64,000 nucleotides of DNA from Candidatus Borrarchaeum weybense (GTDB lineage Archaea > Asgardarchaeota > Sifarchaeia > Borrarchaeales > Borrarchaeaceae). The translations under genes and the position numbers were made by a program. Within the stretch, counting starts at the first letter, position 1; each line of letters begins with the position of its first letter. The DNA lies in assembly GCA_019057385.1 (NCBI GenBank), contig JAHQJS010000004.1, forward strand, positions 544,001 through 608,000, written 5' to 3'. A model generated the notes under the pieces. The model was not told where the DNA came from. It made no database searches and saw nothing but the letters and a program-made list of their open reading frames with translations. Below are positions 9,493 to 19,594 of this stretch, piece after piece.

Positions 9493-11121
9493 ATGACTAA
9501 CAAAAATCCTGACCTTACGGAGTTTGAACGATTAGAGAAGGCACTTAAAGAGAGTGAAAAGAAGTATCGCTCACTTTTTGAAGATTCCAAAGATGCAATT
9601 TATTTTACTACGCGAGAGGGCACGGTTGTCGACGCCAACAAGGCTGCGATGGATTTGTTTGGATATACTAAAGAAGACCTACTCCATGTGAATGTTATAG
9701 ATACGTATGAAAATCCAGCTGATAGGCTTAAGTTTCAGCAAGAAATAGAGGAAAAGGGTGCGGTTAGAGACTATGAGGTAAGGCTTCATGGGAAGAATGG
9801 GAAGGTGCATGCCTGCCTGCTGACTACGACTGTGTGGAGGGGCAATGATGGAAGCATCCTAGGATATCAGGGAATCATCCGCGATATTACCGAGCAAAAG
9901 AGGCTTGATAAGGCATTAAGGGAATCGGAAGAAAAACTCAGAGACCATGCCGAAAACCTAGAAAAACTTGTTGAAGAAAGAACTTTGGAACTTAGGGATT
10001 CAGAGGAACGCTATCGAGGGTTATATGACTCATCCATAGACGGTATTGCCTCTACGAATATGGATGGAAACATTATAGAGTGCAATCAAGCCTTTTCTGA
10101 TATGTTTGGCTATCCTAAGGCAGAAATTAAACGAATGAATTATCTAGAATTCATTCCTGGTAAATGGCGAGACATTGTCGCACGAATCATTAGCGAACAA
10201 ATACTCCCAAGGGGGTTTTCAGACGTACTTGAAATAGAAGGCTGCAAAAGAGACGGACTAATCTTTCCTGCCTCTGCAAGAATATGGGTCATTAAGGATG
10301 AAGACAGCAGGCCTGCTAGAATGTGGATTCTTGTCCGTGATATTACAGAACGAAAAAAACTGGAAGGGAAACTGAAAGCATATACTGAAAAACTCAAAAG
10401 ACTTGATGAAGAGCGAGCTGAAGAACTGAGACGAAAAACTGTAGAACTTGAAGCCCTCAACAAAGAACTTGAGGCTTTCAGTTATTCTGTGTCGCATGAC
10501 CTGCGTGCACCTCTTAGGAGTATTGACGGTTTCAGCAAAGCGTTATTAGACGACTATATAGACGTATTAGATGCAGAAGGAAGTGATTATCTTCAACGAG
10601 TTCGTAAGGCGACCAAACGAATGGCAGAAATCATAGATGAGTTACTGGCATTGGCAAGGGTTACACGTACCGAAATGCACCGTGAGAAAGTTGATCTAAG
10701 TAAAATGGTGCAGGAAATTTTGACAGAACTACAAGAATCACAACCAGAACGTCAGGTAGAGTTCATTGTTGCGCCAGGATTGGTAGCGGATGGTGATGCG
10801 AGACTTCTCAGCTTAGTTTTTGATAATCTTCTAGGAAATGCTTGGAAGTTTACTGGAAATAAGTCAAATGCAGAGATAGAATTCGGAGTTACTTGGAAAG
10901 GGATCGATAGGGTGTTTTTTGTACGAGATAATGGAGCAGGTTTCAATATGGAATATGCAAACAAGTTATTTGGAGCTTTCCAGCGTCTTCACTCACCAGA
11001 AGAGTTCCCAGGAATCGGCGTTGGACTAGCTACCGTGAAACGCATTATTAATCGTCATGGAGGCCGTGTATGGGCTGAAGGCGAGGTGGGTAAAGGCGCA
11101 AGTTTCTATTTTACTCTATAA
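9493..11121 (+). CDS. PAS-PAS histidine kinase
   Basis: Two PAS/PAC repeats (RDIT), SHDLRAPL H-box, N/G1/F/G2 boxes. Confidence 0.95.
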   Translation: MTNKNPDLTEFERLEKALKESEKKYRSLFEDSKDAIYFTTREGTVVDANKAAMDLFGYTKEDLLHVNVIDTYENPADRLKFQQEIEEKGAVRDYEVRLHGKNGKVHACLLTTTVWRGNDGSILGYQGIIRDITEQKRLDKALRESEEKLRDHAENLEKLVEERTLELRDSEERYRGLYDSSIDGIASTNMDGNIIECNQAFSDMFGYPKAEIKRMNYLEFIPGKWRDIVARIISEQILPRGFSDVLEIEGCKRDGLIFPASARIWVIKDEDSRPARMWILVRDITERKKLEGKLKAYTEKLKRLDEERAEELRRKTVELEALNKELEAFSYSVSHDLRAPLRSIDGFSKALLDDYIDVLDAEGSDYLQRVRKATKRMAEIIDELLALARVTRTEMHREKVDLSKMVQEILTELQESQPERQVEFIVAPGLVADGDARLLSLVFDNLLGNAWKFTGNKSNAEIEFGVTWKGIDRVFFVRDNGAGFNMEYANKLFGAFQRLHSPEEFPGIGVGLATVKRIINRHGGRVWAEGEVGKGASFYFTL

Positions 11122-11139
11122 TTAAATGGAGGAAAAAGT

Positions 11140-11589
11140 ATGGATAAAGAAATAATCCTTTTAGTGGAAGATAATCCAGATGATGTACTTTTGACCAAGA
11201 GAGCATTCAAGAAAAGTAATATTTTAAACGAATTGGTAGTAGCTAACGACGGTGTTGAAGCATTGGATTATCTTTTTGGTACTGGCGCCTATAAGGGTCG
11301 GGATTTGAGCATTATGCCAGTACTTATTCTACTGGATCTAAGATTGCCTAAACTTGATGGTATAGATGTACTAAGGCGAATTAGAGATGATGAGAGAACA
11401 AAACTTATTCCTGTAGTTATTCTAACTACTTCAAAAGAACAAAAGGACTTAATTGAAAGTTATAGCCTTGGTGCCAACAGTTACATTCCCAAACCAGTAG
11501 ATTTTGACCAATTTGTTCTAGCAGTGCGTCAACTGGGATTATACTGGGTACTTTTAAATGAACCGCCACCAGTAATAAGGAGGGATTAA
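11140..11589 (+). CDS. Single-domain response regulator (Rcp1-like)
   Basis: LLVEDN, ILLD, LTTS, KP motifs. Confidence 0.95.
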   Translation: MDKEIILLVEDNPDDVLLTKRAFKKSNILNELVVANDGVEALDYLFGTGAYKGRDLSIMPVLILLDLRLPKLDGIDVLRRIRDDERTKLIPVVILTTSKEQKDLIESYSLGANSYIPKPVDFDQFVLAVRQLGLYWVLLNEPPPVIRRD

Positions 11590-13206
11590 ATGGGATTACC
11601 GCTCCGCGTTTTGATAGTTGAAGATTCAGAAGATGATGCTACATTATTGGTGCGTGAACTAAGGCGCGGAGGATATGAACCGACCTTTGTACGAGTGGAT
11701 ACACCTGACGCTATGAAGTCTGCACTCACTAACCAAACATGGGATATTGTTATCTCTGACTATGTTATGCCGAAATTCAGCGGTATCGCTGCTTTGAAAC
11801 TATTTCAAGAAAGTGGAATCGACTTACCATTCATTATCATGTCAGGCAAGATCGGGGAGGATTTTGCGGTAGAAGCTATGAAAGCTGGTGCTCATGACTA
11901 TATCGTAAAAGGTAAAACGGCGCGACTTATTCCCGCAATTCAAAGGGAGATGCGAGAGGCAGAGGTGAGAAGGGGACGTAAACGGGCTGAAGTTGCTTTG
12001 GAAGAGATCGCAAGGAGATTTCGAAGAACATTTGAAGCTATTCCTGATCCTGCATACCTCTGGGGGCGACAATCAGATTGGCGCATAATTTTAACTCAGG
12101 CTAACAAGGCAGCCTATGATTTGACAGAAGGTGAAATCGGAGATTTTATCGGTACTGAGGTGGAGAAGTTATATCATGGAATGGTAGAGAAACTCAATCT
12201 TGCAATGGACACCGGAAAAACTCAAAGAGAGGAAATGTTCCTTAAACTCCCTACTGGAGAGGAAAGATGGTTTCTTGTTGATCACGCGAAAACTGATGAA
12301 GATAGTGTTCTGACAATCACTAAGGACATTACTGATCACAAGAAAGCTGACCAAGCTCTTCGTGAGAGCGAAGAACGATACAGGTCACTATTTGAAGATT
12401 CCAGAGATGCGATCTATATTATTACGCGAGATGGTTATTATATCGACGTAAACCAATCTTTTGTGGAACTCTCTGGATACACGAAGGAAGAAATACTTAA
12501 ACTCAACGTCTTGGAATTTTATGTTAATCCCGCTGACAGACTTAGATTTCAACACGAAATTGAACGCAATGGATCTGTTAGAGATTTTGAAGTCAAGTTT
12601 CGTAAGAAGGATGGAACAGAAATTAATAGCCTACTCTCTTCAACTGTAAGGACGGACAGTGACGGAAGTGTTCTGGGATATCAGGGCATTGTTCGTGACA
12701 TTACCGAGCGCAAAAAAGCTGAAGAGGCACTTCTTGAGAGTGAAGAAAGATATCGTTCCATTTTTGAAGCATCAAGAGACATGGTCTATATCAGAACCAA
12801 AGAGGGAAATTTTGTAGACATAAACCCAGCTGGGTTGAAAATGTTTGGCTACACCAAAGAAGAAATGCTTAATTTGAATGTCATGGAACTTTATGTTGAC
12901 CCTGCAGATCGAATCAAGTTTCAGCAAGAAATAGAGCGAAATGGGGCAGTCAAGAACTTTGAAGTGAAACTCCGAAAGAAAGATGGGACTGAAATAGAAT
13001 GTCTGGCTACTTCGACTGTGAGATTGGACAGAGATGCCAATATATTGGGATATCAGGGCATCGTTCGTGATATTACCGAAAGTAAGCAAGAAGAAGAAAA
13101 GATGAAACGATATACTAAAGATCTTGAAAGGATCGTTGACGAGAGAACGGGAGATTTAAAGGAAGTGCAAAGACTGTTGTATAATATTTACTATAAACTA
13201 TCCTAA
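11590..13206 (+). CDS. REC-PAS-PAS-PAS protein lacking an output domain (possibly truncated hybrid kinase)
   Basis: N-terminal receiver and three PAS repeats; ends just after the LERIVDERT linker. Confidence 0.85.
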   Translation: MGLPLRVLIVEDSEDDATLLVRELRRGGYEPTFVRVDTPDAMKSALTNQTWDIVISDYVMPKFSGIAALKLFQESGIDLPFIIMSGKIGEDFAVEAMKAGAHDYIVKGKTARLIPAIQREMREAEVRRGRKRAEVALEEIARRFRRTFEAIPDPAYLWGRQSDWRIILTQANKAAYDLTEGEIGDFIGTEVEKLYHGMVEKLNLAMDTGKTQREEMFLKLPTGEERWFLVDHAKTDEDSVLTITKDITDHKKADQALRESEERYRSLFEDSRDAIYIITRDGYYIDVNQSFVELSGYTKEEILKLNVLEFYVNPADRLRFQHEIERNGSVRDFEVKFRKKDGTEINSLLSSTVRTDSDGSVLGYQGIVRDITERKKAEEALLESEERYRSIFEASRDMVYIRTKEGNFVDINPAGLKMFGYTKEEMLNLNVMELYVDPADRIKFQQEIERNGAVKNFEVKLRKKDGTEIECLATSTVRLDRDANILGYQGIVRDITESKQEEEKMKRYTKDLERIVDERTGDLKEVQRLLYNIYYKLS

Positions 13207-13432
13207 GTTTTTTTAATATCAACATTGATGAACCTGAATGGCTGTTATAGTTCACTTATCAATTAAGCTCATTTAGTTTTTTTTAAAGGCCACCAACTCT
13301 GCAGGATTCTTGCCATCACATACAGAATTCGACTCTCTAAAGATTATATGAAAAGTATAAAAGTACGGAAAACGCACAGTATCTTTTTGTCATAATTATA
13401 CATTACTAATTGTAAATTTGGAGGGGAAATAT

Positions 13433-13948
13433 ATGGCAGAAATATTAGAAGAAATCCCTGCTGAGACTAAGTGGGCAATAACCTCTAATGTCTTAGCCAG
13501 TGCCTTAGTAGTACGAGGAGAAAAGGTCATAGCACCTGTTTTGGGAAAATTAAAATGGCTAGAGATAAACAATGAAGTCTATGGTGAAGGCGGTAAACTT
13601 ATGTTTCCACAGATTAAAGAAGAATTTAAATTTCCAGTAGGAGATGCAACAGAAGCCGCTAAATTTGCCATGCTCGCCTTAATGTTGCTGATGGGACCTG
13701 AAACAGAAAGTGAACTGATCGAGGCAACGCCTGAAAGAGCTGTAGTCAAGACAACAAAATGTCCATTTTGGGAAAGATATCAGGAGAATGAGGTAAATCC
13801 TGAGCTTATCCCATGCGAAATAGGACATCAGGCGTTTTGTGAAGAAGGATTTAAGACAATAAATCCCAACATAACTTTCAAACTTGTTAAGGCACGACCA
13901 AGCGGAGAATCATACTGCGAAGGGATCTACGAGTTTAAGGCAGAGTAA
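13433..13948 (+). CDS. V4R/ATC-hydrolase-like small ligand-binding protein
   Basis: KCPFW...PC...C...GESYCE cysteine pattern; paralogous to 52325 and 52906. ATG 13433 follows GGAGG. Confidence 0.7.
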   Translation: MAEILEEIPAETKWAITSNVLASALVVRGEKVIAPVLGKLKWLEINNEVYGEGGKLMFPQIKEEFKFPVGDATEAAKFAMLALMLLMGPETESELIEATPERAVVKTTKCPFWERYQENEVNPELIPCEIGHQAFCEEGFKTINPNITFKLVKARPSGESYCEGIYEFKAE

Positions 13949-14003
13949 ACCTTTAACTTTATGAATTTAATCAGTTAATAATGGCAGAGGGAATGATTAG
14001 GCT

Positions 14004-15164
14004 ATGGAAAACAATTTTGTGGTGATTAGAGGCGAAAAATATTACGTAAAAAACGGCATGCTAAACCTTAGCAGGAAAGAAATTACTGATCTCACAGAGA
14101 TCAAGGGATTGGAGTCCCTGACTAATCTCCAAGAACTTACTCTTAGTTGGAATCAGATAGAAGATACCGAGGGATTAGAAAAAGTCACGAGTCTCCAACG
14201 ACTAGACCTTACTGGGAATCAAATCAAAGAGATCAGCGGATTGGGACATCTCAAGACACTCCAGATGTTATTTCTTGGACATAATCAGATAGAGGAACTT
14301 AGTGGACTGGAACGTCTATCTAACCTACAAAAACTAGAACTTTTCGATAACCCGATCAAAGAAGAAGAAAGAGTCTTACTAGAACGCCGTGCGCAGGATA
14401 TTGTGAAATACACTCAAGAAAAAGCAGAAGGAAAAGCAGATATAGGATGTGTGACATTTCAAGGGGAACTTCATTATGTAAAAGATGGCATTTTGAATCT
14501 ATACAAGAAAAGAATTACTGATATCTCTGAAATTGGGGGGTTGGAGCACCTTTCTAATCTTAAGGAATTACATCTTCATAATAGTTTCATTGAGGAAATC
14601 AAAGGATTGGAGCATTTAACCAACCTGCAGGAATTAGACCTTCGCTGGAATCAGATCGGAGAAATCAAGGGATTGGAAAACCTCACTAATCTCAAAGCAC
14701 TACACCTTGATCGCAATCAAATCAAAGAGATTGCAGGATTAGATAATCTTACTAATCTCCAACACATTTGTCTAAGTAATAATTTAATAAAAGAGATCAA
14801 GGGATTAGAGCACCTCTCTAATCTTAAAATATTATGTCTGCATGATAACTATATAGAAGAGATCAAGGGATTAGAAAATCTCAAAAATCTAGAAAAATTA
14901 AGCATTGGTAATAAGATACGAGAAATCAACGGATTGGACCCCCTCACTAATCTCAAAGAATTAAGTCTTTGGAATAATCAGATAAAAGAGATCAATGGTT
15001 TGGAATCGCTCGCTAATCTCCAAGAACTTAATCTTCGAGGAAATCTATTAAGAGGCTATGAAAGAGAGTTAATTGCACGAGATGCTCAAGAAATTGTGAG
15101 TTACTGTCAAGAAAAGGCAAAAAAGGATAAGCCTGGATTACTAAAGAGGCTATTTGCGTACTAG
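14004..15164 (+). CDS. SDS22-like leucine-rich repeat protein with two LRR blocks
   Basis: Repeated 22-aa unit IKGLExLTNLQELxLxxNQIxE; cap modules are duplicated (YVKxGxLNL...AQxIVxYxQEKA). Confidence 0.92.
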   Translation: MENNFVVIRGEKYYVKNGMLNLSRKEITDLTEIKGLESLTNLQELTLSWNQIEDTEGLEKVTSLQRLDLTGNQIKEISGLGHLKTLQMLFLGHNQIEELSGLERLSNLQKLELFDNPIKEEERVLLERRAQDIVKYTQEKAEGKADIGCVTFQGELHYVKDGILNLYKKRITDISEIGGLEHLSNLKELHLHNSFIEEIKGLEHLTNLQELDLRWNQIGEIKGLENLTNLKALHLDRNQIKEIAGLDNLTNLQHICLSNNLIKEIKGLEHLSNLKILCLHDNYIEEIKGLENLKNLEKLSIGNKIREINGLDPLTNLKELSLWNNQIKEINGLESLANLQELNLRGNLLRGYERELIARDAQEIVSYCQEKAKKDKPGLLKRLFAY

Positions 15165-15282
15165 AATGAATTAAAGTAAGTATTACACAAAAGAGCAGTA
15201 TTTATTATCCCAGGATTTAGTGTTCTAAGAATTTTTTCTTTTATATTCAACAATTCTCGAAAACCTGCTATAAGGTGATTAC

Positions 15283-16914
15283 CTGAAATCCTCCGCATAT
15301 ATTTTCGTCAATTTGAGTCCTGAAGTAGGCGAAGATTCTCTGGAAGATCTAAGAAATTTGAAAATAGTCCGAGAAGTTTCACTTATTCTTGAGCCCTTTG
15401 ATTTGGTAATCAAAGTCGAGGGGGAAAATAAACAGGAAATTGATGCTTTTGTAAGCAATTTGAAAGAGATGCATGGCTTTAAAGAAATCTTGTTGTCACC
15501 AACTCTTAAAACACTAAAGAGAAAAGCTGGAACAAGACGGATCGACATGGCGGAGTTGTCCCTTAGGGAACGCATAACCTCTTTTGATGAAGTTTTAAGA
15601 GGTTACACAAAAGAAGAAGCTATAGAAGAAGCAAAACGTTGCCTTCGTTGTAAAAAACCGTCTTGTGAAAAGGGATGCCTTTTAGATCTTCCTATTTCTT
15701 CCTATCAAGAAGATTATGATGCACGTGGTTTTGTGGGTCTTATAACTGAAGAGCGGTTTGAGGAGGCGTACCGTCTTATACTAACTAAGTGTGCATTACC
15801 TGCCACACTTGGGCGAATATGCCCTCATCCTTGCGAAGATAACTGTCTCTTAGGAAAAAAGGGAGACCCCCTCGCTATATGTAGACTTAAGCGATTCGTT
15901 GCCGATTATATATATGAACAAGAAAAACTAATGAAAGCGAATACGCGAGATTTTTATGCTGAGTTAATTAAAGGAATTGAAAAAAAAGATCAACGAGTTG
16001 CAATTATTGGATCTGGACCTGCTGGATTAGAAGTAGCCTATGAGCTTATAAGATTAGGTTATGGTGTAACTATTTTTGATAAAATGCATGCTTTAGGAGG
16101 CATGTTATATTGGGAACTTCCTTATTATCGCTTACCAAAAACTGTGCTTCAGAAAGAGATCAGTAATTTGCTGAGTCTTGGTATTGAGACAAGGTCTCAA
16201 ATACGAATCGGTAACATGGATGATCTCTTCACACAAGGCTATGCTGCTGTTTTTATTGGTGTAGGTGCCCCTATTCCAAGAAAACTGGGAATTCCGGGAG
16301 AAGATTTAGAAGGAGTATATCCTGGCGAACTGTTTTTAAAAGATGTGAATCTAGGGAAAGAAGTTGATTTTACAGGAAAGAAAGTAGTTGTAGCGGGCGG
16401 CGGGAATACAGCAATAGATTCCGTAAGAACAGCATTACGGCTTGGAGCAAAAAAAGTATCTCTTGTTTATCGAAGAAGCCGACGTGAAATGCCTGGCCAT
16501 GTACATGAAATTATAGAGGCTGAAAAGGAAGGAATTCTCTTCTATTTTCTTGCCTCACCAGTACGTCTCATGGGAGATAACAAACTTGAAATGGTTGAAT
16601 GCGTTCGAATGAAACTTGTGGAGACCGATGAGAGCGGAAGAAGACGTCCTATTCCAATTGAACATTCTGAATTTCTGTTAGAAACAGATGTGTTTATACC
16701 CGCAATTGGAAGAACTCCTGATACTGGATGGTTAAGTGACATAAAACTAACAAAATGGGATACCATCGTAGTAGATGAAAATGGTGCCACGTCATTGATA
16801 GGAGTATTTGCTGGCGGAGATGTAGTTAATGGTGCTTCAACATCCGGAGAAGCAATGGCAAGTGGAAAAATAGCAGCACAAGGCATTCATGCGTATCTTC
16901 AACAAAAATCTTAA
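15283..16914 (+). CDS. Lrp/AsnC ligand-binding (RAM) domain fused to a GltD/SudA/NfnB-like Fe-S flavoprotein
   Basis: EAKRCLRC, GRICP, GSGPAG, GGGNTAID, YRRSR and FAGGD motifs. An in-frame CTG at 15283 follows AGGTGA and adds KSSAYIFVN, completing a RAM-like domain. Confidence 0.8.
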   Translation: MKSSAYIFVNLSPEVGEDSLEDLRNLKIVREVSLILEPFDLVIKVEGENKQEIDAFVSNLKEMHGFKEILLSPTLKTLKRKAGTRRIDMAELSLRERITSFDEVLRGYTKEEAIEEAKRCLRCKKPSCEKGCLLDLPISSYQEDYDARGFVGLITEERFEEAYRLILTKCALPATLGRICPHPCEDNCLLGKKGDPLAICRLKRFVADYIYEQEKLMKANTRDFYAELIKGIEKKDQRVAIIGSGPAGLEVAYELIRLGYGVTIFDKMHALGGMLYWELPYYRLPKTVLQKEISNLLSLGIETRSQIRIGNMDDLFTQGYAAVFIGVGAPIPRKLGIPGEDLEGVYPGELFLKDVNLGKEVDFTGKKVVVAGGGNTAIDSVRTALRLGAKKVSLVYRRSRREMPGHVHEIIEAEKEGILFYFLASPVRLMGDNKLEMVECVRMKLVETDESGRRRPIPIEHSEFLLETDVFIPAIGRTPDTGWLSDIKLTKWDTIVVDENGATSLIGVFAGGDVVNGASTSGEAMASGKIAAQGIHAYLQQKS

Positions 16915-17188
16915 TTGAACGATCTAGTTACTTTTTTACATTTTGTTTTCATCCGTCTTTTATTTCTCTAAATTCGATGATAAATTCGCAATACTGATCT
17001 CCTCTTAGCATTGATTGACCTCCAGTATATCAAAAGATTAATGAGTAAGTAAGATGAATTCCTCGCAATGTTAAGACTTTAGTAGCGTATCAAATCGCAT
17101 TTGTCCATTCAAGAAAGTGTGAGCTACTTCTTGCAAGAAAGTATAAAAGTCATATCTTAGTATAACTTGGAGGTGGAGAGGACTCAAA

Positions 17189-18526
17189 GTGAGTGAAGTA
17201 GTTAAAAAAATCCCAAAGGCTTGTCATTATATCTATTTCCACATTGATGATGATAAAGAAATCAACGAAGTCTGGAATTATCTAACAAAAGAATATGAAA
17301 AAGACACAGATGGTGTAGTTTGCACACTAGAACCTACAGCAGATTCGACTATTTCCATTTCTCTTGCAACTGGAGATGAATACGGAGCATATCTCTCTTG
17401 TTTCGAAGATGTAGCTACAATTGGAATGTTATTCTATTCAGAAGACACGACCCTGCAGGGCATAGACGATAAGAGAAATCAACTAGATAATTTATTGTCG
17501 TCTCAAATCGGTGAAGCAACTGTTCTGATAGTAGATAAAGAAGATCAACTTAAAGTTGCGAAGGAAAAGTTTTCAGAATTTGAATCTGTCGAAAGTGGAC
17601 TATCTTTTGGAAAGTTGTACCATTTTTATGACGAAGACAGGGGTTTTTATTTCTGTCTTCCATTTGAAAAGGATCCACTTTTTGATTTTCTAGTGGAAGA
17701 ACTGCCGCTCTTTGATGCAAGTTTTCAAAGTCTTGATAAGAAGGTTAAATACTTCCAAGATCAATTACGATTGATGGAACAAGAAAGGGTCGCAGCGGAT
17801 AAATTTGTGAGTAAGTTGCTCTACGCCGGAATTGGGAAAAAAGAAACAGATGCGGAAAGAATTGACGTTTTAGAAAAAGAAATTGACGATCTATCACAAC
17901 TTTATGAAAAAATTGCAAATTATACATATATGATTAAAAATGCGGTTCTTACCGTCAGAAATGACTTACTAAAGTTAGATGAAGGTTTAGCCTCGTTTTG
18001 TATTGAAAGAAGGTTGGAATCACAATATATCCAAATGAATAAAAAATTTCAGGATCGACTGGAAACAGAAGGAAGTCTTCTTTCTAACACTCTAACTGGC
18101 ATTAAGACGGCGATCGACATCGTTGACACAAAAGTGGGCCTTCAAAGGGGTAAGGAGAGCTTAACACTTCAACAACAAACCCAACATCTTCAAGAAGAAG
18201 GCACATCGATGCAAATGGCCACAAGTATGATTGAATTTGTGCTAGTATTCTTTTATTCGTTAGAATCGTGGGAAATACTGTCAAGTCATGAAATATTTTC
18301 TCTTATACCGGTTACGCTCAAAATAGGGCTCATCGGATCATGGGCGTTCATGGCAGTCATAGCCACACATTTCCTCGCAATGAGTTGGAGGGAAAACTGG
18401 AAATTAAATAAAGGTGTTGTAATTTCGTTTGCAATCCTGATTGCGATCCTAATATCCATAATCCTTATTACACAGTATTATGCCGGAGTAGCAGCACACG
18501 CAGCAGACGCAGCGAATGGCCATTGA
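17189..18526 (+). CDS. Hypothetical protein: coiled-coil region plus about 3 C-terminal TM helices
   Basis: 445-aa ORF with GGAGGTGG upstream; no family recognised. Confidence 0.75.
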   Translation: MSEVVKKIPKACHYIYFHIDDDKEINEVWNYLTKEYEKDTDGVVCTLEPTADSTISISLATGDEYGAYLSCFEDVATIGMLFYSEDTTLQGIDDKRNQLDNLLSSQIGEATVLIVDKEDQLKVAKEKFSEFESVESGLSFGKLYHFYDEDRGFYFCLPFEKDPLFDFLVEELPLFDASFQSLDKKVKYFQDQLRLMEQERVAADKFVSKLLYAGIGKKETDAERIDVLEKEIDDLSQLYEKIANYTYMIKNAVLTVRNDLLKLDEGLASFCIERRLESQYIQMNKKFQDRLETEGSLLSNTLTGIKTAIDIVDTKVGLQRGKESLTLQQQTQHLQEEGTSMQMATSMIEFVLVFFYSLESWEILSSHEIFSLIPVTLKIGLIGSWAFMAVIATHFLAMSWRENWKLNKGVVISFAILIAILISIILITQYYAGVAAHAADAANGH

Positions 18527-18854
18527 AGAAAAGAAAAGAGAATTGAAGAAAATTAGTTTTTACAGAAGTATGTAATGCTGGGTCCTTTTTTATTACTTCA
18601 TTAGTTTTCAGGTCTTTGAACTTTTCCATTCCCTATTTACTTTATTGTAGTTCAAGGCCATCTGATGGACTCGCTAATACTTCTCATGCTATTACCTTGC
18701 GGACCTTTTACAGTTAGTCTTTTCATGTTTCACGTATACATTATACGATAAAACGTACAATCTTTTCCTTTAGACGTATTATTGCTCCACACAAAATATA
18801 TAAGATCAAAGATATATGTTCAAATGGATTTAGTAAACTATAGGAAACTTGAAC

Positions 18855-18930
18855 AAGGCGGAATGCTTCTCTTGTAGCGAGGGGAGCACGTTCTTGTGCA
18901 TGAGACTGAACACGAGAGGTCTGACGCCTT
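18855..18930 (+). ncRNA. Candidate structured RNA (three-way junction with K-loop-like motif)
   Basis: AAGGCG/CGCCTT closes an 11-bp hairpin (TGCTTCTCTTG/CGAGGGGAGCA, G-U pairs on the + strand) and TCTTGTG/CACGAGA capped by ATGAGA-CTGA. A TATA-like sequence lies at 18794-18803. Confidence 0.35.
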
Positions 18931-19051
18931 CTAAGACGGGAATGGATGACAGGCAGGGGACGAAAAAGGTCAAAAACACGAACACGAAAAAGAAAAAAAG
19001 TTAGGTATATCTGTCCTTAACAAGGTTGTTTTTACAAACAACCTTTTTTTA

Positions 19052-19252
19052 TTATTTCATCAGCTTTAAAGCAGCTAGCCTTCGTTTAAGTACCTTTTCA
19101 TGTCCTTCTTCGTCTTTTGCTAATTGTTCAAAGAAAGCACGTGTTTCAGGGTCTTCCGCCATTTCTGCCGCCTTTTTATAATCTATTTGAGCCTGTCGTT
19201 CGTCTTTTATGGCTGCTTCAATTGTTTTGATAAGTTCTTCTTTAGCACTCAA
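19052..19252 (-). CDS. Short (two-helix) ferritin-like/rubrerythrin-like protein
   Basis: AIKDE...Y...LAKDEEGH diiron half-site; TTG start follows GGAGTGA. Confidence 0.8.
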   Translation of the reverse strand: MSAKEELIKTIEAAIKDERQAQIDYKKAAEMAEDPETRAFFEQLAKDEEGHEKVLKRRLAALKLMK

Positions 19253-19594
19253 TTTTATCACTCCAGTAAATTCATCCCATATCAAGTTTTTCGTTCTTTA
19301 GAATGTAAGAATGAGAAAAACAATTTTTTATTATGGACCTCACCTTTTTAAAATCTTTTTGATAGCGGTCTTAAGGCATTTTTTGAAATACTTCGCCCCC
19401 TCCAATGCCGCTAGTTTCTATGGATAATAGTGATCAAATATATGACTGGATGCCTCTTGCTTACTCGACTTTTAGAGAAATAAGTAATTACTGTGATCTT
19501 TGAAAAAGTATTTAAAATTTACATATGTAAATTTTACATAGTTCAGCTTAACATATTCAACCAAGTGGAAAGACGTGATAAAAGGCGTAAAAAA

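Noticed and set aside
14004-15164. Periodic ~66-bp DNA repeats resembling an array
   Set aside because: These are coding LRR units, not CRISPR. No CRISPR array, tRNA or rRNA was recognised anywhere in the window.
18564-18710. Scattered inverted repeats (GGTCTTTGAACT/AGTTCAAGGCC, GGTCC/GGACC) and tiny ORFs
   Set aside because: The pairings are partly incompatible and AT-rich; there is not enough support for an RNA or a gene.
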